This document shows positions 56,375 through 64,000 of a stretch of 64,000 nt of DNA, piece after piece. The DNA is taken from contig DATKPV010000015.1 of NCBI GenBank assembly GCA_035523915.1, positions 35,475-99,474 on the forward strand, read 5' to 3'. Numbering within the stretch: position 1 is the stretch's first letter; each line of letters begins with the position of its first letter. The position numbers were made by a program, and so were the translations under genes. The notes beneath the pieces were generated by a model. It was not told where the DNA came from and ran no database searches. It worked only from the letters and a program-made list of their open reading frames with translations. This stretch comes from Candidatus Aquilonibacter sp. (GTDB lineage: Bacteria; Acidobacteriota; Terriglobia; Terriglobales; Acidobacteriaceae).

Positions 56375-56914
56375 TCACCTTCCCCAGAGCGCGCCAGACT
56401 GCCGCGCAGCTCCCGCGGCCAAGCCTCGTTGTCTTTGCTGCGTCCCTGCTGTGTGCAGGTGGCAGATGGCAACCGCCAGCGCGTCCGAGACATCCATCGG
56501 TTCAGGCGGCTCGGCCAGTCGCAGCAAGCGCGACACCATATGCTGCACCTGCTGCTTCTCCGCCCGCCCGTATCCCACCACCGACGATTTGATCGTAAGC
56601 GGCGAGTATTCGGCCACTTCAAGGCCTGCGGCTGCCGCGGCCAGCATCGCGACTCCGCGGATTTGCCCGAGTTTCAGCGCCGATTTCACATTGAGTGCAT
56701 AGAACACGTCTTCAATCGCGACCTGTTCGGGGCGATGCTCTGCGATAATCGCACCCAATTCTCCGAAGATGCGGGACAAACGGCGCGGCAGCGGGTCCCG
56801 GGGCGAAAGTTTGATAGCGCCACAAGCCAGGCAGCAGAGCTTTTCGTGCCCATTCATCTCGACCACACCATAGCCCGTATACTCGCCACCGCAGTCGATG
56901 CCCAGAACACGCAT
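56375..56914 (-). CDS. ruvC: Crossover junction endodeoxyribonuclease RuvC
   Basis: MRVLGIDCGGEYTGYGVV, VAIEDVFYALNVKSALKLGQIRG, PLTIKSSVVGYGRAEKQQV, SDALAVAICH. The supplied 437 aa ORF has a non-homologous N-terminal extension, so the start was set to ATG 56914. Confidence 0.85.
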   Translation of the reverse strand: MRVLGIDCGGEYTGYGVVEMNGHEKLCCLACGAIKLSPRDPLPRRLSRIFGELGAIIAEHRPEQVAIEDVFYALNVKSALKLGQIRGVAMLAAAAAGLEVAEYSPLTIKSSVVGYGRAEKQQVQHMVSRLLRLAEPPEPMDVSDALAVAICHLHTAGTQQRQRGLAAGAARQSGALWGR

Positions 56915-57085
56915 CCAGGAAGTGTATCGCAGGACCACGCTTCGTCTATTGCCATCCATGCCACCCGCGAAATCAGCACGCGTGTGTGCCTTTTGAATCG
57001 CTTCCATCAGAATTTTGAATTTGCGCTGGCATAAGGAATCCATAAAGATGGCTGTCGATGCTGGCTCTCGCTGTGGAGGTGTGAA

Positions 57086-57454
57086 TTGAGAGAACTCTTC
57101 GCGGTGCTTTCCGTTGGTATTTTCGCCTCGTGCGTCGCTTTGGCTCAGAGTCCAGCCAAACCGGCCGACGCCCGGCCAGTAAGCCTCAAAGCCGGAAACC
57201 CGAGATCCGCAGCGTCTGCCGCCAAAACCCTTACGGTGGTGGGAAGGGTTGCCGATGACGGCAAGGCCTTCCTGACCGACATCGATACCGAGTGGGCCGT
57301 CAGCAACGCCGATGCCTTGAAGGGCTATGAGGGCCGGTTGGCGACGGTGAAATGCTACGTCGATCCCGAAAGCAACCGTCTGCGCGTTGTTTCGGTCAGA
57401 ACGGCCGAAGACAAATACGCTTCCCGACAAGGCGATTCCGCTTTTCGCCGCTAG
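57086..57454 (+). CDS. Small secreted hypothetical protein
   Basis: 122 aa with signal peptide LFAVLSVGIFASCVALAQ. TTG start, with in-frame GTG alternatives. No domain recognised. Confidence 0.4.
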   Translation: MRELFAVLSVGIFASCVALAQSPAKPADARPVSLKAGNPRSAASAAKTLTVVGRVADDGKAFLTDIDTEWAVSNADALKGYEGRLATVKCYVDPESNRLRVVSVRTAEDKYASRQGDSAFRR

Positions 57455-57586
57455 CAGGCAGGTAGCCCTCCCCGGCGGTTTTATCGAACTGATGTAGCGG
57501 CAACCCGGGCTACGCGAGCGTATGAAACACACCGGTCTCCAGATAAGCCGGCCTCGACCTTCGTGCCGATCGTGATGCAACCAGAT

Positions 57587-57614
57587 TTGGGCACGTCTGC
57601 CGGAAAGTGATAAT
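57587..57614 (+). promoter_or_regulatory. Candidate sigma70-type promoter upstream of pfk
   Basis: TTGGGC, a 16 nt spacer, then GATAAT, about 115 nt upstream of the pfk ATG. Pattern match only. Confidence 0.25.
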
Positions 57615-57728
57615 CTAGATTTTCTGAGTGATCGCGCGTCCCGCGCCTGGGTTAGAGCCGGCAAATCCAGTCCTCGCTCGGAGTGCATTCCGTGAAGTTC
57701 GCCAAAAACTCAAGCACAGGAGCACACG

Positions 57729-58796
57729 ATGAAAATTGGCATGTTGACCGGTGGAGGCGATTGTCCCGGGCTGAATGCCGTTATCCGCGCCGTGGTGCGT
57801 AAAGGCATTTTTACTTATAGCGATGAGTTGCTTGGTTTTCTCGAAGGGTGGCGCGGAGTCCTGGAAGACATGCACATGCCCCTGGACCTTGATACCGTAA
57901 GCGGCATTCTGCCTCGCGGGGGAACAATCCTGCGCACCTCCCGCACCAATCCCTCCAAGCGGCCCGACGGGGTTGACCGCTGCCTGGCCTCACTGAAAAA
58001 AAACAATATCGATGCGCTGATCGCCATCGGGGGGGACGACACGCTTTCCGTCGCACAAAAGCTCTATGAGAGCGGCGCCAAAGTCATCGGCGTACCCAAG
58101 ACCATCGACAATGATCTGGGCGGTACCGACTATACCTTCGGCTTCGATACCGCCTGCAACGTAGTCTGCGAAGCCATCGACCGCGTCCACACCACGGCGG
58201 AAGCGCATAACCGCGTGATGGTCGTCGAGGTGATGGGACGCGACGCAGGCTGGATTGCCATGTATAGCGGCATCGCCGGGGGCGCCGACGTGATTCTTAT
58301 TCCTGAGCGTCCTTTCGATGTCGATAAAGTAGCCGAATCGATCCGTCAGCGCCACGAACGCGGCCGTTATTTTTCCATCGTGGTGGTGGCTGAGGGTGCC
58401 AAGTTCGCTGAGGAGGGCAAGGGCTCTCCGGTTTTGCAGGATATGGGCAAAGATGAGTTCGGTCACGCAAAACTGGGCGGAGTTGCCAACGTTCTTGCGC
58501 GTGAGATTGAGAAGCGCACCGGCTATGAAACCCGCGCCGTCGTTCTCGGGCATATTCAGCGTGGCGGCTCGCCGAGCGCTTTCGACCGGGTGCTGGCCAC
58601 TCGTTATGGACTGGGCGCGATCGACATGGTTCATCGTGGAGAATTCGGACGTATGGCCGCGCTTCGCAACAATAAGATCGTCTCTATCCCGCTGAAGGAA
58701 GCCATCGCCAAGAATCGCACGGTAGATGACGAAATGATCGAGATCGTTGACGGCCTGTTTGAAGGGGTCGGCGTAAAGGAAGCTGCGGGCGACTAG
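57729..58796 (+). CDS. pfkA: 6-phosphofructokinase (motifs suggest the PPi-dependent / actinobacterial-type subgroup)
   Basis: [45 protein letters not shown]. Confidence 0.9.
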   Translation: MKIGMLTGGGDCPGLNAVIRAVVRKGIFTYSDELLGFLEGWRGVLEDMHMPLDLDTVSGILPRGGTILRTSRTNPSKRPDGVDRCLASLKKNNIDALIAIGGDDTLSVAQKLYESGAKVIGVPKTIDNDLGGTDYTFGFDTACNVVCEAIDRVHTTAEAHNRVMVVEVMGRDAGWIAMYSGIAGGADVILIPERPFDVDKVAESIRQRHERGRYFSIVVVAEGAKFAEEGKGSPVLQDMGKDEFGHAKLGGVANVLAREIEKRTGYETRAVVLGHIQRGGSPSAFDRVLATRYGLGAIDMVHRGEFGRMAALRNNKIVSIPLKEAIAKNRTVDDEMIEIVDGLFEGVGVKEAAGD

Positions 58797-58846
58797 CCAG
58801 CCTGCAACCGACACGAAAGACGCCTCTTCTCACGGTCCGTTTCCGC

Positions 58847-60541
58847 ATGAATGAACTTTACCGACATCTTGCCCCATGGTTGCTGACCATCACGGAGGCA
58901 ATCATGGTTCTGGCTGCGGTGTCGCTCTCGGTGCGGAGCCGTGCGCAGGACCGCGCTCCCCTGTTTGATGCCGTGGAGAAGCGCTTCCAGCGAATCGCGC
59001 GCAATCGCCGTCTGGCGATACTGTTTGTCGCCGCCGTCGCTCTTGGCATTCGCGCCATCCTGATTCCGTTATTTGGAATCCCCCTTCCCAACTGGAATGA
59101 CGAATACAGCTACCTTCTGGCCGCGAATACATTTGTTTCGGGCCGTCTGACGAATCCTACTCATCCGATGTGGATTCATTTCGAAAGCTTTCAGATCATC
59201 CAGCACCCGACCTATATGTCGATGTATCCGCCCGGGCAGGGGCTTGTGTTGGCGGCGGGAATCGTTCTCGGCGGCCATCCCTGGATCGGGGTGTGGCTTA
59301 TCACTGCGACCCTTTGCGCCACGCTCTGCTGGATGCTCCAGGCCTGGTTCCCTCCCGGATGGGCCCTGTTCGGCGGAATTCTTTCGGTCCTGCGTTTCGC
59401 GACCTTCAGTTATTGGATGAACAGCTACTGGTGTCCAGCTCTGGCAGCGGCGGGGGGAACCCTGGTACTCGGCGCAATTCCTCGTCTCCGCAAGCATGCC
59501 CGTGTCCGTGAAGCAGTTTTGCTGGCTCTGGGCCTCGTCATCATGGCGAACAGCCGGCCCTACGAAGGCTTGGTGTTCAGCATCGCGGTCTCGGTCGGTC
59601 TTCTCGTATGGCAGAAGGGGAGCAAGCTACCTCCCCTGCGGCTCTTGTTCCGGCGGGTCGTGCTGCCCGCGACCTGCATTCTCATCGTCGCAGCCGTAGC
59701 GACCGGCTACTACTACTGGCGGGTCACAGGGAGCCCATTTCGCATGACCTACGCCGTCAACCGCGAGACCTATGCGGTGGTTCCCTACTTTCTCTTTTTC
59801 TCAAAGCGCGCAGTCCCCCAGTACCATCACGCGGTTATGCGTGACTACTATGCCGGATGGGAAGTCCGGCAGTTCGACGAAGCCCGCACTCTGGTTGGCT
59901 TTACACGCCGAACCGCCCACAAGATTTTCGAGCTCTGGCGCTTTTATATAGGCCCGGCATTCACATTGCCCCTGATCGCGTTCCCCTGGATCATCCGCGA
60001 CCGTCGCATGCGCTTAGCGCTTATTGCGGGTTTCATCTTTTGCCTGGGGTGGTTAGTGGAAACATGGACCTTCCCTCACTACGTCGCTCCTGCCACCGGG
60101 CTCCTCTATCTCGTGCTGATCCAATGCGCTCGCCATCTGCGCCTGTGGCGCCACAATGGCGCCGCCACGGGGCGGTTCCTCGTCCGCAGCGTTCCGGCAG
60201 TCTGTATTGCCATGCTTTTTCTGCGCGGCATCGGCATTGCGGTTCATGCCCCTCTTGAACCGCGCTGGCCACAGGGCAATCTGGATCGCGTAAGCGTGAT
60301 CGAGCATCTGGACTCCATACCGGGGGCACATCTTGTCATCGTACGCTATGGGCCGGATCACAATGTGGATCGCGATTGGATCTACAACGCTCCCGATATT
60401 GACCGATCACGGATTGTCTGGGCCCGTGACATGGGAAGGGAACGGAACATGGAACTGTTACGCTACTTCCGTGATCGACATGCTTGGCTGATGTACGGCG
60501 ACGATTCTCCACCGGAGCTTGAGCCTTATCCCGTGAACTGA
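58847..60541 (+). CDS. GT-C fold membrane glycosyltransferase-like protein (ArnT/PMT-like)
   Basis: About 12 TM helices. The first extracytoplasmic loop carries NDEYSY (a DE-type motif as in GT39/GT83). C-terminal soluble domain. Confidence 0.55.
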   Translation: MNELYRHLAPWLLTITEAIMVLAAVSLSVRSRAQDRAPLFDAVEKRFQRIARNRRLAILFVAAVALGIRAILIPLFGIPLPNWNDEYSYLLAANTFVSGRLTNPTHPMWIHFESFQIIQHPTYMSMYPPGQGLVLAAGIVLGGHPWIGVWLITATLCATLCWMLQAWFPPGWALFGGILSVLRFATFSYWMNSYWCPALAAAGGTLVLGAIPRLRKHARVREAVLLALGLVIMANSRPYEGLVFSIAVSVGLLVWQKGSKLPPLRLLFRRVVLPATCILIVAAVATGYYYWRVTGSPFRMTYAVNRETYAVVPYFLFFSKRAVPQYHHAVMRDYYAGWEVRQFDEARTLVGFTRRTAHKIFELWRFYIGPAFTLPLIAFPWIIRDRRMRLALIAGFIFCLGWLVETWTFPHYVAPATGLLYLVLIQCARHLRLWRHNGAATGRFLVRSVPAVCIAMLFLRGIGIAVHAPLEPRWPQGNLDRVSVIEHLDSIPGAHLVIVRYGPDHNVDRDWIYNAPDIDRSRIVWARDMGRERNMELLRYFRDRHAWLMYGDDSPPELEPYPVN

Positions 60542-60600
60542 GGTGGAATCTTCTGACTGCCTGTCCCGATCATCCAGGCTCATGGCTCACCCCTAGCCGT

Positions 60601-61782
60601 GTGCGCGCGCATGGGCTTGTTCTTGCCGTGTGCCTCTGGGCTTTTTATCTCTGGAACATCTCCTCGCCGGGCCTGCGCGATCGCGCCGGTAATCTCAAAG
60701 GCACGGACTTTCTTCACTTCTACACACTTGGCTCGCTCGCGCTCGCCCATCGCGGCGGTGATCTCTACGACATGCAGGCGCAGGCGGCCGTGGCCGCGCA
60801 ACGCGTCCCTGCGGCGGCCGGAATTCGCTACCTGCCTCTTTATCCGCCACAAGTCTCGATTCTCTTTGCCCCGTTGGCCAGGCTCTCCTACGAGTGGGCG
60901 TTGATTTTGTGGCTGTGCACCACCACAGCAATCTATGGCCTGTGCATCTATGCGCTCTGGCGCTCCTGCCCCAGCCTGCGCAATGAAGGCCGAACCGTTC
61001 TGATTCTCGCCCTCGCCTATCCCGCCTTCTGGCATCTCATCCTGTGGGGACAAACATCCGCCCTCGCGCTGGCACTTTTCACGCTGGCCTTCTTCGCCTT
61101 GAAGAACAACCGGGAATTTCTGGCCGGCCTCGCCGCCGGATGCCTCATCTTCAAACCGCAACTGGGCATCGCAGCTGCAATCATTTTCGTTGGCACGCGC
61201 CATTGGCGCGTGGTTCTGGGAGCTCTGCTCTCCGCTTGCGCTCAACTTGTGGCCGCATGGGCTTACTATGGCGTAGGCCCGTTGCGCCAATGGATTCTGG
61301 CGCTTTCCCGTTTGCCGGAATCGTTTCCACTGCTGGAACCCAAGCCCTACCAAACTCACTGCCTTCGCACCTTTTGGACCATGCTGTTGCCGTGGCCCAG
61401 CATCGCCACCGGAGCTTATCTTGTTACTGCACTCCTCGTCCTAGCATTGGCAACCCGCTGCTGGAGCAGGGGCGCTTCCCTTCCTTTGCGCTACTCTGCT
61501 CTTCTGCTCGCTACGGTGCTGGTTGCCCCGCACCTGACCGTCTATGATCTCGTGACCCTGGCCCCGGCCTTCCTCCTGCTTTCAGATTGGTGCGCTTCGC
61601 ACTCCGAGAACAGCATGGGTCAGTGGCTGAAAATTCTTCTCTATCTGGCCTACGCGCTGCCGCTGCTCGGTCCACTCGCCCGCTGGACACACGTGCAACT
61701 CAGCGTTCCGGTGATGCTGTTGATCCTGTACTTGATATCTCAACTCGGCGAACCAGCGAGGCAACGCGCGGTGACAATCTGA
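60601..61782 (+). CDS. GT87/DUF2029-like membrane glycosyltransferase
   Basis: Multi-TM, with an N-terminal loop GTDFLHFYTLG...GGDLYD typical of the DUF2029 polyprenol-phosphate-sugar-dependent transferases. GTG start. Confidence 0.55.
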   Translation: MRAHGLVLAVCLWAFYLWNISSPGLRDRAGNLKGTDFLHFYTLGSLALAHRGGDLYDMQAQAAVAAQRVPAAAGIRYLPLYPPQVSILFAPLARLSYEWALILWLCTTTAIYGLCIYALWRSCPSLRNEGRTVLILALAYPAFWHLILWGQTSALALALFTLAFFALKNNREFLAGLAAGCLIFKPQLGIAAAIIFVGTRHWRVVLGALLSACAQLVAAWAYYGVGPLRQWILALSRLPESFPLLEPKPYQTHCLRTFWTMLLPWPSIATGAYLVTALLVLALATRCWSRGASLPLRYSALLLATVLVAPHLTVYDLVTLAPAFLLLSDWCASHSENSMGQWLKILLYLAYALPLLGPLARWTHVQLSVPVMLLILYLISQLGEPARQRAVTI

Positions 61783-61789
61783 GTCCGGC

Positions 61790-62656
61790 TTATTTTCCGA
61801 AGAGGAACTGCAATGCTCCTGCAAATCTTCCGGCCCACGCCGACTCGTTGTGCCCGGCGCCCTCCTCGATCACGAGCCGCAACCGCTTCTCCCCCAGCCC
61901 GGCGCGGCGCAAAATCCCTGCCAGTTCGCGCACGTCATCGACCACCGTGCGGCTCTTCTCAGGGCTTTCGGCCTCCGCCGTTCCCACAGCTAGGAACACA
62001 CGCTCGGGCCAGACCCCGACGGCGCGGCTGTCTTTGATCAATTGCCGATGCGACGCCCACAGAGACGGGCTTTCCAGCAACAACCTGCCGATGACTCCCG
62101 GCCGCGCCATGATCGTGTAAAGCGCAATCAACGCTCCCAGCGACGAACCACCCAAGCCGGTATTCTCAGGACCGGAGGCGATTCGATAATTACGGCACAC
62201 AAAGGGCATCACTTCCTTAATCAGAAAATCGGGATAGTGCCGTCCCTGCACGCGCATCATCATGGGTTGCAACGAGCGGTGCGGCATGTATTCGCGAATG
62301 CGATCCTTGCCCGCATTATCGATGCCGACAAGGATCATTGAGGCAATCATCGCCTCGCCGATCAGCCGGTCCGCCGCCTCATCGGCTTGCCACTCGACAC
62401 CGGTGTAGGAAGTCGAAGGCTCAAACAGATTCTGCCCGTCATTCAGGTAAAAAACCGGATAACGCCGGCCTCCGTTCTGTGGTTCCTCGTAACCCGGTGG
62501 CAACCATACTCTAAGGAAACGGGTATTGGAGAAGATCCGGCTGCGAAATTCATGCAACCGCAGATCACCCACGGCCTCGGCGCCACGAATCGCGCGAGCG
62601 CCAGACATGGCGGCAAACGCCGATGATTGCTTCTCTATTTGCTGGGAGTCTTCCAT
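61790..62656 (-). CDS. Alpha/beta hydrolase, esterase D / enterochelin-esterase-like family
   Basis: RFLRVWLPPGY, YPVFYLNDGQNLF, and nucleophile elbow GLGGSSLGALIALY. Confidence 0.7.
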   Translation of the reverse strand: MEDSQQIEKQSSAFAAMSGARAIRGAEAVGDLRLHEFRSRIFSNTRFLRVWLPPGYEEPQNGGRRYPVFYLNDGQNLFEPSTSYTGVEWQADEAADRLIGEAMIASMILVGIDNAGKDRIREYMPHRSLQPMMMRVQGRHYPDFLIKEVMPFVCRNYRIASGPENTGLGGSSLGALIALYTIMARPGVIGRLLLESPSLWASHRQLIKDSRAVGVWPERVFLAVGTAEAESPEKSRTVVDDVRELAGILRRAGLGEKRLRLVIEEGAGHNESAWAGRFAGALQFLFGK

Positions 62657-62695
62657 CAGGAAATCAGAAACGAAGGCCGGAGCTCACAAATCGGA

Positions 62696-63178
62696 TCATC
62701 GGTGAGCCTCGCGCCACCGTAGCTGCGCGATGGTTGCCAGCACCGTGATCATCACTATCAAAGCCAGCGAACTCAAACACAAAATGCACCACGTAGTTAG
62801 AATGTAAGCCTCGACATAAGTGAGATAGAGAGCAAATGCCAAACCGGCCGCTGCCGTTGCCAGCAGCCACGCTGGCGCTTCTCCACGCGATCGGCATCGC
62901 CATGAAAGTACAAGCAAAACTCCGTATCCCGCAACCCCGATGCCGGCAACCGGAATCCCCATCAGACTCGAATAATCGCTACGGTTGACGATATCGCAAT
63001 CGAACTTCTGGCCCAATTCGCAAAACGAAGTCTTCGACTTCGCGTAATGCCGCTGCAGCGCTACCCCGGAGACGCCGATTCCCGCCGCCGCCACGACCAC
63101 AATCACCGCGAAGAAAACCCGGCTCCGCGGTTCAGGCCTAACCTCAACCGCGTGGCGAGGATTCGCGACCTCATTCAC
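62696..63178 (-). CDS. Vitamin K epoxide reductase (VKOR) family membrane protein
   Basis: Four TM helices. Loop cysteines FCELGQKFDC, a conserved SSLMGIPVAG region, and the active-site CILC in the last helix. GTG start overlaps the upstream stop. Confidence 0.75.
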   Translation of the reverse strand: MNEVANPRHAVEVRPEPRSRVFFAVIVVVAAAGIGVSGVALQRHYAKSKTSFCELGQKFDCDIVNRSDYSSLMGIPVAGIGVAGYGVLLVLSWRCRSRGEAPAWLLATAAAGLAFALYLTYVEAYILTTWCILCLSSLALIVMITVLATIAQLRWREAHR

Positions 63179-63597
63179 CGCAGGCTACACCCGCTTCGGT
63201 TGCCGAGCTCTTCAACAGAAAACACACCCGGCGCCAGCCCGCCGCCGGGAAATCGCCACGTTGGAAACTCTTTCACTCCCAGCGCCTTGCACCCCTCCGA
63301 CTCGGCGTGCGAGCCCGGGACCCCACACTCCACATACACAAAGCGATAAGACTTGCCGAGGATTTCTTTTTGCTCGGCGCAATGCGGGCACCAGTACGCG
63401 CCGTACATTTTCACCTGTTTGGAAGCCATGCATCGGCCCAGGAAATCGTAACGATGATTCTTGTGATACCAGCCCGCAGCATAAGACGCTCCCAGCAGCA
63501 AAAGGATTCCTCCCCAAATCAGAATCTTTCGTGACCCCGGTTCGGCTTCCGCCACTCCCGAGCGCTCCAGTTGCCGCTTACGGCGTTCTTCGGACAT
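63175..63597 (-). CDS. Membrane-anchored thioredoxin-like protein (VKOR partner domain)
   Basis: A single TM, then KMYGAYWCPHCAEQKEILG...YVECG...GVKEFPTW. This closely resembles the Trx-like domain fused to cyanobacterial VKOR (from memory). Confidence 0.7.
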   Translation of the reverse strand: MSEERRKRQLERSGVAEAEPGSRKILIWGGILLLLGASYAAGWYHKNHRYDFLGRCMASKQVKMYGAYWCPHCAEQKEILGKSYRFVYVECGVPGSHAESEGCKALGVKEFPTWRFPGGGLAPGVFSVEELGNRSGCSLR

Positions 63598-63641
63598 GTT
63601 TCATTCTTATATCACGCGCTCCTCGCGAACAGACTCTGCGC

Positions 63642-64000
63642 TCAAGCTACCACGTCCAGCGCTGCGGGCAGCACATCCATGGCCTCGCAGTGAAGAGTCA
63701 GCACTTCCCCATCGACCATTACATTCACCGGCGCATCCAGGTCGAAATCCACCCGCTGCGTTCCTTGGCGCTCCGCCAGAGGATGTTCGATGTGCGTCCC
63801 GTCGTAGAGTCCCGGCAGGTTGCGGATCAGCCCCAGCCGTCCGATCGGTCCCCAGCGGACATATTCGATCATTCCGCTGTTGATTTCGGCCTTGGGCGCA
63901 ATCATCATGGTCCCGCCCGTGTACTTACTGTTGTTGAAGCTCAAGAACAGGCACGGACGGCGGTCAAACTCGCTTCGATCTTCCAGGCGGACGGGAAATG
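63642..64000 (-). CDS. Diacylglycerol/lipid kinase family protein (YegS/DAGK-like), C-terminal part only
   Basis: GGTMMIAPKAEINSGMIE...VNVMVDGEVL resembles the C-terminal beta-sandwich of DAGK_cat family kinases. The frame stays open to the window edge. Confidence 0.6.
   Translation of the reverse strand, partial: FPVRLEDRSEFDRRPCLFLSFNNSKYTGGTMMIAPKAEINSGMIEYVRWGPIGRLGLIRNLPGLYDGTHIEHPLAERQGTQRVDFDLDAPVNVMVDGEVLTLHCEAMDVLPAALDVVA

Noticed and set aside
1-64000. Mobile elements, prophage, integrase/transposase, toxin-antitoxin pairs and known defence systems (RM, CBASS, retron, Abi and similar).
   Set aside because: No ORF in any frame shows the corresponding catalytic motifs (DDE, tyrosine/serine recombinase, reverse transcriptase, nuclease-helicase modules). 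No terminal inverted repeats or compositional break were noticed by eye.

Overview
High-GC (roughly 60%) densely coding bacterial chromosome segment. The protein signatures (Wzi-like, tricorn-like, FecR/W-Y-G-rich, tandem GT-C proteins) look most like Acidobacteriota, but that is inference only. I call about 58 protein-coding genes. By eye there is no rRNA, tRNA, CRISPR array, transposase, integrase or obvious defence island. Positions 1-15847 form one same-strand Wzx/Wzy-type surface-polysaccharide locus: Wzi, Wzz/PCP, SQD1-type UDP-sulfoquinovose synthase, GNAT/FemAB-like protein, Wzx, Wzy-like protein, two GT2s, a SAM methyltransferase, a DegT aminotransferase, a small PglC-type phosphoglycosyl transferase and a PglF/CapD dehydratase. 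It ends with a stand-alone Fe-S type APS reductase. The rest is mostly housekeeping (ftsY, ribD, ribE, mobA, uvrC, dinB, glgA, rsmA, ruvC, pfk) mixed with envelope and signalling genes. These include an HD-GYP sensor, a PilZ protein, a BON lipoprotein, a prepilin peptidase with a degenerate histidine-kinase-like partner, OmpA and TonB. There is also a cluster of large secreted peptidases (M48, tricorn homolog, S15 CocE/NonD), two GT-C membrane glycosyltransferases and a split VKOR/thioredoxin-like pair. The best candidate for something new is the SQD1 gene inside a polysaccharide operon that also carries a sulfite-producing APS reductase, which suggests a sulfoquinovose-containing glycan with its own sulfite supply. 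All functional calls come from remembered motif and family similarity read off the translations. No database search was run. Many start codons were moved downstream of the supplied ORF starts, using signal peptides, Shine-Dalgarno-like sequences, stop/start overlaps and terminator positions.
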